Assembly: GCA_963792415.1 (NCBI GenBank)
Contig: CAWBVY010000009.1
Span: 32,001 to 96,000 of the forward strand
DNA: 64,000 nt
From: Candidatus Deferrimicrobiaceae bacterium
Lineage (GTDB): Bacteria > Desulfobacterota > Deferrimicrobia > Deferrimicrobiales > Deferrimicrobiaceae
Direction of reading: 5' to 3'
Shown here in pieces: positions 1 to 9,512 of this stretch. Position numbers and translations under genes: made by a program. Below the pieces are notes generated by a model. The model saw only the letters and a program-made list of their open reading frames with translations. It ran no database searches and was not told where the DNA came from. How positions within the stretch are numbered: the first letter of the stretch is position 1; the number at the start of each line of letters is the position of its first letter.

Positions 1-1285
1 GCGCGACGTCGACCATGCAGGTGGAATCGTCCATGACCACCATCCCGCCCGAGCCCATGATCGCGCCGGTGCTGGTGATCTGTTCGTAGTCGATGGGCGT
101 GCCTCCCAGGGAGGCGGGGATGCATCCGCCCGATGGCCCCCCCATCTGGACCGCCTTGAAAGGCCTCCCCGAGACGGTGCCGCCGCCGATCCCGTAGACG
201 ATCTCGTCGATGGTGGTGCCCATGGGAACCTCCACGAGCCCCCCCCTCCGGATCTTTCCCGCCAGGGCGAATACCTTGGTCCCCTTGGAGTTGCCGGTCC
301 CGCAGGACCGGAAGGCCCCGGCCCCGTGGGTCAGGATCCAGGGCACGTTGGCGAACGTCTCCACGTTGTTGATGCAGGTGGGAAAGCCCCACAGGCCGGC
401 TTCCGTGGGAAACGGGGGGCGCACGCGCGGCATCCCCCTTCTGCCCTCGATGGAAGCGATCAGCGCGGTCTCCTCCCCGCAGACGAACGCCCCGGCCCCT
501 TCCTTCAGGCGGACGGAAAAGGAAAAACCGCTGCCGAACAGGTTGGGGCCCAGGAGTCCCCTTTCCCGGGCGCTCGCGACGGCCTCGCGCAGCCGGCGGA
601 TCGCGAGGGGGTACTCCGCGCGGACGTAGACGATTCCTTCCCCGGCGCCGATGGCGTACCCGGCGATCGCCATCCCTTCCAGCACGGAGTGGGGATCTCC
701 CTCGAGCACGCTGCGATCCATGAAGGCGCCCGGGTCTCCTTCGTCGGCGTTGCAGACGACGAACTTGCGCCCTGCCTGCGCAGCCCTGGCGAGTCTCCAC
801 TTGGTCCCGGTGGGAAAACCGGCCCCGCCTCTTCCGCGCAGGCCGGAATCGGCGACCGTTTCGATGACTTCCCCGGGGGTCATCGCCGTGACGGCGTGCG
901 AAAGGGCCAGGTACCCTCCCCGGGCGCGATACTCCTCGATGGAGGATGGGGCGATCTCGCCGCAGTTGCGCAGCACGATCCGCTTCTGCCCTGCGAGCAG
1001 CCCCTCCCGGTCCACGACCCAATCCTCGACCGCCCTGCCCCCGCGCAGGTGGTCCGCGACGATGCGCTCCACCCGGTCGGGGGTCACCTCGCCGTAGAGG
1101 GTCCGCCGCCGGCCGTCTTCGACGATCTCCACCAGCACCTCGCGATGACACAGCCCGATGCACCCGGTCTCCTTGAGCGTCACCCCCTCGTCTTCGGGTC
1201 CCAGCAACTCCCGGAACCGCTGTTGTACGGCCAGTCCCCCCGTGGCGATTCCGCACGATCCCAGTCCGACCATCACCGCCTGCAT
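1..1285 (-). CDS. nuoF: NuoF/HydB-like NADH-binding flavoprotein subunit with N-terminal thioredoxin-like 2Fe-2S domain (runs off the window)
   Basis: Manual translation from ATG 1285: MQAVMVGLGSCGIA...TGCIGLC...GLRGRGGAGFPTG.KW...CNADEGDPGA...GAGAFVCGEET; GAGGGGG ribosome-binding site upstream. Confidence 0.9.
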   Translation of the reverse strand, partial: MQAVMVGLGSCGIATGGLAVQQRFRELLGPEDEGVTLKETGCIGLCHREVLVEIVEDGRRRTLYGEVTPDRVERIVADHLRGGRAVEDWVVDREGLLAGQKRIVLRNCGEIAPSSIEEYRARGGYLALSHAVTAMTPGEVIETVADSGLRGRGGAGFPTGTKWRLARAAQAGRKFVVCNADEGDPGAFMDRSVLEGDPHSVLEGMAIAGYAIGAGEGIVYVRAEYPLAIRRLREAVASARERGLLGPNLFGSGFSFSVRLKEGAGAFVCGEETALIASIEGRRGMPRVRPPFPTEAGLWGFPTCINNVETFANVPWILTHGAGAFRSCGTGNSKGTKVFALAGKIRRGGLVEVPMGTTIDEIVYGIGGGTVSGRPFKAVQMGGPSGGCIPASLGGTPIDYEQITSTGAIMGSGGMVVMDDSTCMVDVA

Positions 1286-1313
1286 CGGGTCCCCCTCGAC
1301 GCCGGAAGAAACG

Positions 1314-1817
1314 TCATGCGCTCCGGCCCGGTTTCCGTCGAAACCTGCGGAGAACGGATCGGAGCCCCTGGGGGGTGAGCCGGCCGTATGCCTGTTCGCC
1401 GATCATCACCACGGGAGCGAGACTGCAGCATCCGAGGCATGCCACCTCCAGATAGGTGAACAGGCCGTCCTCGCTGGTCTCCCCCTGGCGGATTCCGAGC
1501 TCCTCCTCCAGGGTCCGGCCGATCATTTCCGCCCCCTGGACGTGGCAGGCGGTCCCCTTGCAGACGCGAATGACGTATCTGCCGAGCGGCCGCAAGCGAA
1601 ACTGCCTGTAGAAGGTGATGACCCCGTAGACTTCGCTGGCCGGAATGCCGGTCGCCATGGCGATCTGCTCGATCGCCAGCGGCGGGATGTAGCCGTAGGA
1701 ATCCTGGGCCGCCTGGAGCAGCGGGATCAGCATGCCCGGCTCGCCGCCGTGGCGCCACAGCATCCGGCCGAACGCCGGCATCACGGCGCCCTTCGCGTGT
1801 TCCGCATTCGTCGACAT
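1314..1817 (-). CDS. nuoE: NuoE/HydC-like 2Fe-2S subunit
   Basis: LIPLLQ..Q..YGYIP, VC.GTACH, ACLGCCSLAPV motifs. Confidence 0.92.
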   Translation of the reverse strand: MSTNAEHAKGAVMPAFGRMLWRHGGEPGMLIPLLQAAQDSYGYIPPLAIEQIAMATGIPASEVYGVITFYRQFRLRPLGRYVIRVCKGTACHVQGAEMIGRTLEEELGIRQGETSEDGLFTYLEVACLGCCSLAPVVMIGEQAYGRLTPQGLRSVLRRFRRKPGRSA

Positions 1818-1832
1818 CTTCCCCCCGCTACG

Positions 1833-2840
1833 TTAAATGCCCTGACACTTCACGATGTTCATGGTCTTGGCCCGGAGCACTCCCGGCCTGGACCGAAGCC
1901 GGGAGACGGCCTGCCGGATCGCGTCGCACGTGCGGCCCTGAACAAGCAGGATGGCCATCGTGCCGTGGTCGGTCACGTCGCAGTAGACTACGTCCTCGTC
2001 GAAGTAGTACGTGGTGTACAGGGAGGGGACGCAGGAGCTGTCGATCTCCAGCAGGAAATAGGCCGAGAGGAGCTGCCGGCTCCGCCGGTCACCCTCCTTC
2101 TCGCCCATGCCCTCGGCCACCTGCATCAACTCGTGATGGTGGAGGAACGACTCGATGTCCTTCCCCAGCCGCGGGCGCTCCGAATGGTGGATCTCGTACT
2201 GCTTGATCTCCCGCAGGGGCTGCACGGTCCGCGCGACCCATTCCCAGATCCCGCGCCGATCCGGCGCCTGGACAAGAAGGACGATGTCCCAGTCGCCCAT
2301 CACGGCGTCGCAGTAACAGACGCCGTCGGCGAAGGAGAGCGCGGAGAAGCACCCGGACAGGTCGGCGCCCGGCTTGCCCCGGAGGAAGACGTACGCGCTC
2401 TGGCTGCGCAGCGCCTCGGTCCGGACCTCCGGCCGGGGAACGTGCTTCTCCTCCTCCTCCGGCGGGCCGATTCTCCGGATCTCGGCTTCCAGCGCCCCGA
2501 TCTCGAACGGCTTGTCCAGGTAGGCGCTGCCGCGGCCCTCCTTCACCCGCTCCCCGGTATGCTCGTCGCCGTAGCCGGACATCACCACCACGGGCAGGTC
2601 CGGATACACGTCCTTGATCATGTGCAGGAGCTGGAGCCCGTCGATATCCGGCAGCCGGATGTCGAGGATCACGACGTTGTGGGGAACCCCGGACCGTCTC
2701 GCCGCCTCGATCTTTTCCAGGGCGGACAGCCCCATTTCGCAGGCGTCGACCTGGTACCCGTACTGGGCCATGCCGACCGCCAGATTGCGACGGATCGAGG
2801 CCTCGTCGTCCACTACCAGCATTCTCGGATTCTCATTCAT
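1833..2840 (-). CDS. Response regulator: receiver domain plus two Lrp/AsnC-like ligand-binding repeats
   Basis: LVVDDE...ILDIRLPDIDG...KPF, followed by two repeats SAYVFL...VCYCDAVMGDWDIVLLVQ and SAYFLL...VVYCDVTDHGTMAILLVQ; GGAGG before ATG 2840. Confidence 0.8.
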   Translation of the reverse strand: MNENPRMLVVDDEASIRRNLAVGMAQYGYQVDACEMGLSALEKIEAARRSGVPHNVVILDIRLPDIDGLQLLHMIKDVYPDLPVVVMSGYGDEHTGERVKEGRGSAYLDKPFEIGALEAEIRRIGPPEEEEKHVPRPEVRTEALRSQSAYVFLRGKPGADLSGCFSALSFADGVCYCDAVMGDWDIVLLVQAPDRRGIWEWVARTVQPLREIKQYEIHHSERPRLGKDIESFLHHHELMQVAEGMGEKEGDRRSRQLLSAYFLLEIDSSCVPSLYTTYYFDEDVVYCDVTDHGTMAILLVQGRTCDAIRQAVSRLRSRPGVLRAKTMNIVKCQGI

Positions 2841-2907
2841 GGCGACCTCCCGCACCCGAAGTTCGGTCGTTGCCGTTGGCCATGTTCGTTACCCATGTCT
2901 TTCCTAC

Positions 2908-2923
2908 CGCATACACCATGCCG
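2908..2923 (-). promoter_or_regulatory. Sigma54-type -24/-12 promoter for the response regulator-nuoEF operon
   Basis: Minus strand reads CGGCATGGTGTATGCG (GG-N10-GC), about 70 bp before ATG 2840. Confidence 0.6.
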
Positions 2924-3000
2924 CCTCCGTTTCCAGTCATAACCACATGTTTAATAAAGAAAAACCGAATTGCCGATGGGATCGTTCCGGAACCCGCAAC

Positions 3001-3075
3001 TGTAAAGAAACCTTACAACTCTTGCCCAACGAGCAAAAGTAAAAGGGGAATCGGCCACTGTAAATAAATCTTGCA
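3001..3075. promoter_or_regulatory. Two putative enhancer-binding-protein sites, TGTAA-N7-TTRCA
   Basis: TGTAAAGAAACCTTACA (3001-3017) and TGTAAATAAATCTTGCA (3059-3075), about 80-150 bp upstream of the sigma54 site with an AT-rich spacer. Confidence 0.6.
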
Positions 3076-3301
3076 CCACTCCGTCCGTCTGACCTTTCTC
3101 CCTTGAACCGATCCGGGAGCCGTCGATGCTTTTCAGGCCGAGTTCGAGGAGGAGGGGGGGTAGCCCATGTCGTCCCGCGGGGTGCTCTTCAACCGTGCAA
3201 AGGAACATCATCGTCACGTGTTGCCACGCCAATACCACGGATTGGGGAGTTTCCACCTCCCCTGCCCGACCCGTCAGGGCCCTTCGGGTTCCTGCCGGTC
3301 G

Positions 3302-4996
3302 TTACTCAATACCCAGCCTCTCCAGCTTGCGATATATCGTCCGGCGGCTCATCCCCAGCAGGCGGGCGGCCTCGGTCCTGTTGCCGCCGGCCTGTTCGAG
3401 CGCCTTGCGAATGGCGCGGGCCTCGTCTTCGGGATTTACGTCGCTGGAAATTGCGCGGGACTCGAAATACCGGAGGAAGTCGGGGGGCAGGTATTCGGCG
3501 GTGATCACGCTCTGTCGGCAGCGCACGAAGGAGTGCTCCAGAAGGTTTTCCAGCTCCCGCACGTTGCCGTGCCACGGATAGTCGAGAAACATCCGTTCGA
3601 CTTCCGAGGAGATCCCCTTGATCTCTTTGCCGAACTTGCGGTTGAAATTGCGCCGGAAGTGCTCTGCCAGAAGCACGATGTCGTCCCGGCGCTCCCGCAA
3701 CGGCGGCACGGGGATCTCCACGACTTTCAGCCGGTAGTACAGATCCTCCCGGAACTCGCCGCTGGCGACCCGTTCCCCCAAATCGCGGTTGGTCGCGGCC
3801 ACGACGCGCACGTCGACCTTGATCGGGGTGGCGTCGCCTACCCGCTCGAATTCCATGGACTCGATCACCCGCAGCAGCCGCAGCTGCATGCGCTGGGATA
3901 TTTCGCCGATCTCGTCCAGAAAGATGGTGCCGCCGTCCGCCCGCTGGAAGCGGCCGACGTTTTCCTTCACCGCGCCGGTGAAGGCTCCGGCAACGTGACC
4001 GAAGAGCTCGCTTTCCAGCAGGTTTTCCGAAAGCGCCGCGCAGTTGACCTTGACCAGCGGGCCCTGTCGCCGGGGACCGGAGTGGTGCAGGGCGTTCACC
4101 ACCAGTTCCTTGCCGGTGCCGCTCTCGCCGGAGATCAGCACCGTGGTCTGTACGTCCGCCAGATCACGGATCATCGCCCGCACCTTCTCGATGGGTTCGC
4201 TGCGGCCCACGATGCTGTCGATCCTCTGGCGTTCCTGCAGGCGGCGCTCCAGGCTCACCAGCCGGGTTTCGTCGCGCACCACCATCACCGCACCGGTGGA
4301 CCGGCCTTTCACCCCCAGGAGCGGCGAGGCGGTCACGCTGACCACCTGCTGCTTCCCCTGGGTGGAGCGGCATTCGACGAAACGCAGCTTCACCGGCTGC
4401 CGGGTCTTCAGGGTCTCGCCCAGCGCACCGACACAGTTGCCGTCGCAACGGTCCGCGAGCTCCCTCAGCGGCTTGCCGATCAACGCATCCCTGTGGAATT
4501 CGCAGATCTGCAGGGCGGCATCGTTGATCTCCACGACCGCCATGTTCCCGTCCACCATGATGATTCCGTCATTGACGCTGCGGAAGATGGCCTCGAAGTT
4601 GAACCGGCACTGTTCCCTCTCGTCCTTCAGGACCTTGTGTTTCAGGGCGATGTTGACCGTCCTCAGCAGGGTGTCCTGACGGATGGGTTTGACGATGTAG
4701 TCGAAGGCGCCGATGCGCAGGCTTTCGGCGGCGCTGTCGACGCTGGGAGCGCCGGTGATCATGACCACCAGCACGTTGGGAAGAATCTCCTTGGCCTCCT
4801 TCAGCAGGTCGATGCCGCTTCGACCGGGCAGGATGATGTCGGCAAAGATCAGATCGACGTCCTTTTCCCGCAGCAGCGCGATCGCCTCGTCGCAGTCGGC
4901 GGCTCCGGAGACCGTGTAGCCTTCGTCGGACAAAAAGTGGTTGAAGGTGTAACGGATGCTTTCCTCATCGTCGACGACCAGAATATGCGGCGGCAT
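3302..4996 (-). CDS. Sigma54-dependent response regulator (REC-PAS-AAA+-HTH, NtrC family)
   Basis: GESGTGKE, GAFTGA, FLDEIGE, WHGNVRELEN motifs and C-terminal Fis-type HTH. Confidence 0.95.
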   Translation of the reverse strand: MPPHILVVDDEESIRYTFNHFLSDEGYTVSGAADCDEAIALLREKDVDLIFADIILPGRSGIDLLKEAKEILPNVLVVMITGAPSVDSAAESLRIGAFDYIVKPIRQDTLLRTVNIALKHKVLKDEREQCRFNFEAIFRSVNDGIIMVDGNMAVVEINDAALQICEFHRDALIGKPLRELADRCDGNCVGALGETLKTRQPVKLRFVECRSTQGKQQVVSVTASPLLGVKGRSTGAVMVVRDETRLVSLERRLQERQRIDSIVGRSEPIEKVRAMIRDLADVQTTVLISGESGTGKELVVNALHHSGPRRQGPLVKVNCAALSENLLESELFGHVAGAFTGAVKENVGRFQRADGGTIFLDEIGEISQRMQLRLLRVIESMEFERVGDATPIKVDVRVVAATNRDLGERVASGEFREDLYYRLKVVEIPVPPLRERRDDIVLLAEHFRRNFNRKFGKEIKGISSEVERMFLDYPWHGNVRELENLLEHSFVRCRQSVITAEYLPPDFLRYFESRAISSDVNPEDEARAIRKALEQAGGNRTEAARLLGMSRRTIYRKLERLGIE

Positions 4997-5006
4997 GTCG
5001 ATACCC

Positions 5007-7081
5007 CTACCGGTTCGATTCGACGGCGGCCGGAAGGTCGATCACGACTTTCGTGTACCGCCCCTCTTCGCTTTCCAGGCGCAGGCGCCCCCCGTGCTCC
5101 TCGACGATGCCGTGGCTGATGCTCAGCCCCAGACCGGTGCTCCTTCGTTCGGTTTTCGTGGAGAAAAAGGGATTCATCACCTTGTGGAGGATCTCCGCCG
5201 GGATTCCGCAGCCGTGATCCTTGAAGCTGATCCGCACCCGACGACCGCTTTCGCCGGCAATCGGTTCCGCGGTGATCTCCAGGATCTTGTCCTCGTGGGG
5301 TTCGCGGTATTTCTGGTTCAGGGCATGGCGGGCGTTGCTGATGACGTTGACGAAGACCTGCGAGATTTCCTGGGGCTGCGCCCAGACGTCCGGCAGTTCG
5401 TCCGAAAGGCACGTTTTCACCGTGATGTTGTCCCTGCGAAGCTGCGCCGCGTTGAGCGTCATGGTGTCCGACAGCACATCCGGAATGGAAACAACGCTCT
5501 TGTCATTCTGGCGGCGGCGGGCGAACGACAGCAGTCCTGCGACGATACGGTCGATGCGGTCCCCTTCCTTGAGCACGCGCCCGGCAAGATCACGCTCCAT
5601 GCTGCCCTCCTCGGACCGGTCGAGCAGGATCTGCGCGTAATTGATGATGCCGTTGACCGGGTTGTTGATCTCATGGGCCACGCCGGCCGCCAGTTCGCCC
5701 AATGCCGACAGCTGCTGGGAGCGCATGATGGCGGCCGCAGCGGCCTCCTTTTCGGTCACATCCCGCCACAGCGCCACCACCTTCTGCTGCCTGTCGACGT
5801 CCGTCACCGGCGTGTAGCTTTTTTCGAAGCTTCTGCCGTCGGGGGCCTTGTACTCTGCCTGCTGGATCCGGCGGGTATCAATCGCCACCTGCATGAGACA
5901 CGGCTCGCAGGGACGCTGCGCCCCGTAAACGACCTCGTGACAGGCCTTGCCGGCGGAATCGCCGAAATACTCCCCGAAGATTTCGTTGTGATATTCCACC
6001 GTTCGCCCGGCGTTGATGATGCTCACCCCTTCGTGGAGGTGGGAAAGAACCTGTTTCAGCTTGTCGCGCTCGGACGCGACGGCATTCCGGGCATTGATCA
6101 GTTCGGTGATATCGCGAAAGGACTCCACCACGCCGATGACATCGCCCTCCGGGCCGACGAACGGCGTGGCGTTGAGAATGCAGGGGATCATCCTTCCGTC
6201 CAGCCGCTCTTTTTCCACGTGACTCTCCACCGCTTCCTCGCCGTTCGCTATTCTGTGGATGGGGCATCGCCCGGTAAAGCAGTCCGGTCCGGAGAAGGTC
6301 TCGTGGCATTTTTTCCCGACGGCATCCGCCTCTCCCACGCCGGTCAGGGATTCGAGGGTCCTGTTGATTTTCAGCACGTTGAAGTCGGTGTCCACCAGGC
6401 GCATGCCCACCGAGGCGGTCTGGAAGATCTGGTCCAGCTCGGCGTGTGCCTTCTGCAGGTCCCGCTCCATTTTCTTGCGGTCCGAGAGGTCGAAAAAGGT
6501 TTCCAGGAGGTGTTCCCTCCCGCTGTAATTCACGCGGGTGACACTCTTCAAGATCGGCAAAGGCTCCCCTGCGGCCGTCAGCAGGACGCGTTCGGACAGG
6601 TCGATCTCTTGCCCTTTGTCCAGAACAGGGCAGTTGCCTGTATCGGCCGGGCAGAGGTGTTTGTGGCAGACCTCGTCCCTCCACGATTTCCTTGGGCGCT
6701 CCGATCAGTTTGAGGGCGATGGAGTTGACCCAGCTGACCTTGCGGCTTTCCGCATCCACCAGCATGATTCCGGCCGGGTTGTTCTCGAGAATGCGGGACA
6801 GCTCCTTTTCCCGGTCCGCCAGCGCGGCTTCCGTGCGCCGCCGGATATTGATGCTTCGCTGGACGTACACGCTGAAAAGAATGATGAGGACGGATACAAG
6901 CATCCGTTTCCAGATTTCGTGCACATCGGGCGTCCACAGGTGCTCCAGAAAACGGCCGCCGCCGAAAACGGTGACGTGCATCAGCAGATTCCAGGAACCA
7001 GTACGAGAAGGCCAGCCCGACGCCGATCCATACGAAATTCTGGGACGATATCGCCGACTTTGCGTGACGCAACATCCTCAT
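5007..7081 (-). CDS. Multi-PAS sensor histidine kinase (frameshifted near 6.55-7.0 kb)
   Basis: H-box AGVAHEINNP, N/G boxes, PFFSTK, GLGLSIS in 5007-6560; membrane and PAS N-terminus in other frames back to ATG 7081 with GGAGGAG. Confidence 0.88.
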
Positions 7082-7320
7082 GGCCGCTCCTCCCTCAAAC
7101 GACGGGTTCGGGTTTGGCGGCGAACCGGCAAAAACCCCTGCGCCACACTCAGAATACAGTCTGTTCGATGGTCATGGGAGTAAAAAAAACCGGACCCTGG
7201 CCAGGTCGAGGAAACCGGACCCGATCCGGGTCTTTGCAGCTGATGGGCGCGCCCCTTATTGCCGTCCGGGATCTCCCCGGCCATAACGCGCTTTGTCCGC
7301 CGGATCCGCTCCCTTGATAC

Positions 7321-7366
7321 TGTGCCGTGGCACACACCGTGCCTTTGTTCCATGTGTCATGACACA
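7321..7366. promoter_or_regulatory. Paired 14-bp palindromes, putative enhancer sites
   Basis: TGTGCCGTGGCACA (7321-7334) and perfect palindrome TGTGTCATGACACA (7353-7366), 32 bp apart. Confidence 0.65.
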
Positions 7367-7476
7367 CATTCCTTCCGCTCCCCGCAGTTTCCCAACAGCA
7401 CCCTACCACACTTTAACTTTCCGAAATAATTCCTTTTTTTCTGACGCCGCCTTCTCGCCGGTGACCGGTCAGGCCA

Positions 7477-7492
7477 TGGCACGATAATTGGT
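7477..7492 (+). promoter_or_regulatory. Sigma54-type promoter
   Basis: TGGCACGATAATTGGT against consensus TGGCAC-N5-TTGC (one change in the -12 element). Confidence 0.6.
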
Positions 7493-7529
7493 ACTGTTTG
7501 TAGATAAACAAGGAGCGTCATTACCGACT

Positions 7530-7719
7530 ATGGCGGCTCAAACCGTATCGACGGCGGACGGGGGGGGCAAGGACGTGTCCGGTCCTGGACGACCCCGAGC
7601 CGGACTGCTACTGCCTGGACCTGACGAGCCTGCAGATTCAGATGGCCATTCAATATTGCCTGGGCAATTTCAGACAGTGCCCCATCTACATGCGGATCAT
7701 GGGGGTTACCGAAAATTGA
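7530..7719 (+). CDS. Small Cys-rich protein (about 62 aa; needs one indel in the G8 run at 7560-7567)
   Basis: Frame from 7576 reads CPVLDDPEPDCYCLDLTSLQIQMAIQYCLGNFRQCPIYMRIMGVTEN-stop; ATG 7530 with AAGGAG upstream. Confidence 0.6.
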
Positions 7720-7856
7720 AATCCGGGTCGGATGGCAGTTGAAGCCGATGAACAGAAAGGGGTCATTAACAGAGGGAAACAGCGGCGCGTGTCCCGGTTC
7801 GCAGGAATCTGCCGGGACCAAGGGATATTCACCGCAGGAGTGAAAGGAGGTGCCAA

Positions 7857-9360
7857 ATGAAAAGGAAGGCGATGATCACACTGCTGGTCAGTGTCGCGAT
7901 GATCTTGGCAACCCCGATGCCAACCATGGGAAAAGGGAAACCGACGACCCGGGTGGCGGCGGTGGTAAACCGGCCCCGGATTACGGGGACCTCTTCGTAC
8001 TCTATCGCGACGCGCGCGGTGTCCCCTACCTCACCCAGGAGGTAAGTGGTACAGGCTCGTGTCAACAGCCCCTCCCGTCCGATACGTGCGTTTCTGTTCC
8101 ACCGGCTGGATGCGTGTTGGTAGCTGGAGAAAAAGATGGAATTTTGGACCCAAACGTACTTGTTATTCCGGTCAACCCGGCCACCTGTGCTGTCTTGGTT
8201 GAATGTGCGACCTGCACGCAGGAGGTCGACTTCGGCCGCATCAGCGATGTGCGCTCGCCGGATTCGGTGTTTGAGGCCCAGCTGGAGGACGCCGTCTTCA
8301 AACTGGCCACTGCCGACTGCATCTCCATGGACCCCGCCGGACGGCTGGTCACCAGCACAGTAGCAGGAGATGTTGTCTCTACGGCCACCATCGACTCGCC
8401 GCTGCAGAACCTGGCGATCTACAGGAACTCATGTTGCATGGCCCCTCGGGGATTTCAACCTGCTGGAACCTCTGGAACCTTATGACCTCAACACCGTGGC
8501 CAGGGCCTTGGGCGCCGCCTCCGACAAGACCGGCAAGGTCACCGTGGACATGGTGGTCTACGTCAACCAGATCATGGGCCTGACCGCGCAGGGAGTGTCT
8601 GCGCTTGGGATCCGATATGCCAGGAAAACCGGGAAGAGGTGAAAGGCCAGGTGAAGTTGGTGGAAAAGTGCGACCTGGACTACGGAATCTATGTCTATGA
8701 CCGCACAACGAACTTCGGGGCGCTGCCCAATCCGTGCGTCATCCCTGAGAAGAATCCCCAGCTTGGCATGTTCGAGTACCTGCGGAAGGGGATCATCTAC
8801 GTTCGAGATCAAGCAGGACTCAATCCTAGACCGTGTTCGGTACTGAGGTCGGTTTCGAGGACGGCAACATCGGGGGCTTCGCCCAGGCGGCCGACGACGC
8901 CCGGCGGTCATCGACTTCATGCACACCTGGCCGGTGCCAGGCGACGCCGCGACCCCGGTGGTCTGCACAGCCTCCTCTCCTATCGTCACCTATGACGTTC
9001 GATCAGCGATGTGTCCGGACTGGAGGTGCCCAGGAAGATTGTGGACGGCTCGGAGGGCAGGGATCATCGTGACCGTCGCGAACGCGGGTCCGGACCCGGC
9101 GACGGGAACGGTCACGGTGACGGCCGACGCCGGCAATGGAGTCCTCATCGCCGGCTCCCCGTGGACCGATGAATTCGCCGATCTCGCTCAGGGCGCGAGC
9201 GAGTCGAACATCGAGTTCTTCAGCATCAACCTTGCCGAACGAAACAATCGTTCGGACGGCGATCGTCGATGCCCTGGATGATGTGAACCTTGGCAACAAC
9301 ATCGTCACCGTGACCAGCACCGTCAAGGTGACAGGAAGTGGAGGTGGCGGCCGCCCATAA
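7857..9360 (+). CDS. Secreted hypothetical protein with Ig/CARDB-like C-terminal beta domain (several frameshifts)
   Basis: AAGGAGG RBS and signal peptide MKRKAMITLLVSVAMILA; coherent pieces in ORFs 7850-8485, 8370-8642, 8919-9281 and 9136-9360. Confidence 0.65.
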
Positions 9361-9376
9361 CCGGCCAGCGCTATCC

Positions 9377-9463
9377 GGCAGCAGCAGGCGCGAAAGCCCC
9401 GGCCGCAAAGGCCCGGGGCCTGCCATAACCATGACCGCTCGGGGGGCGGGCGACCGTCCCCCG
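9377..9463 (+). ncRNA. Candidate degenerate c-di-GMP-I (GEMM)-like leader followed by a GC hairpin
   Basis: GCGAAAGC tetraloop, GGCCGCAAAG, CGGGGCCT and ATGACCGC in GEMM order; hairpin CGGGGGGCGG-GCGA-CCGTCCCCCG at 9440-9463. Confidence 0.3.
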
Positions 9464-9512
9464 CGTTCCATGCAGGCTGATCCTGCGCAATCCCGCGCGG
9501 AGGAGGGAAACG

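Noticed and set aside
1158-6713. Long plus-strand ORFs 1158-2942, 3167-5119 and 4956-6713, and similar antisense ORFs elsewhere
   Set aside because: Shadow frames of well-supported opposite-strand genes in GC-rich DNA, with no recognisable motifs.
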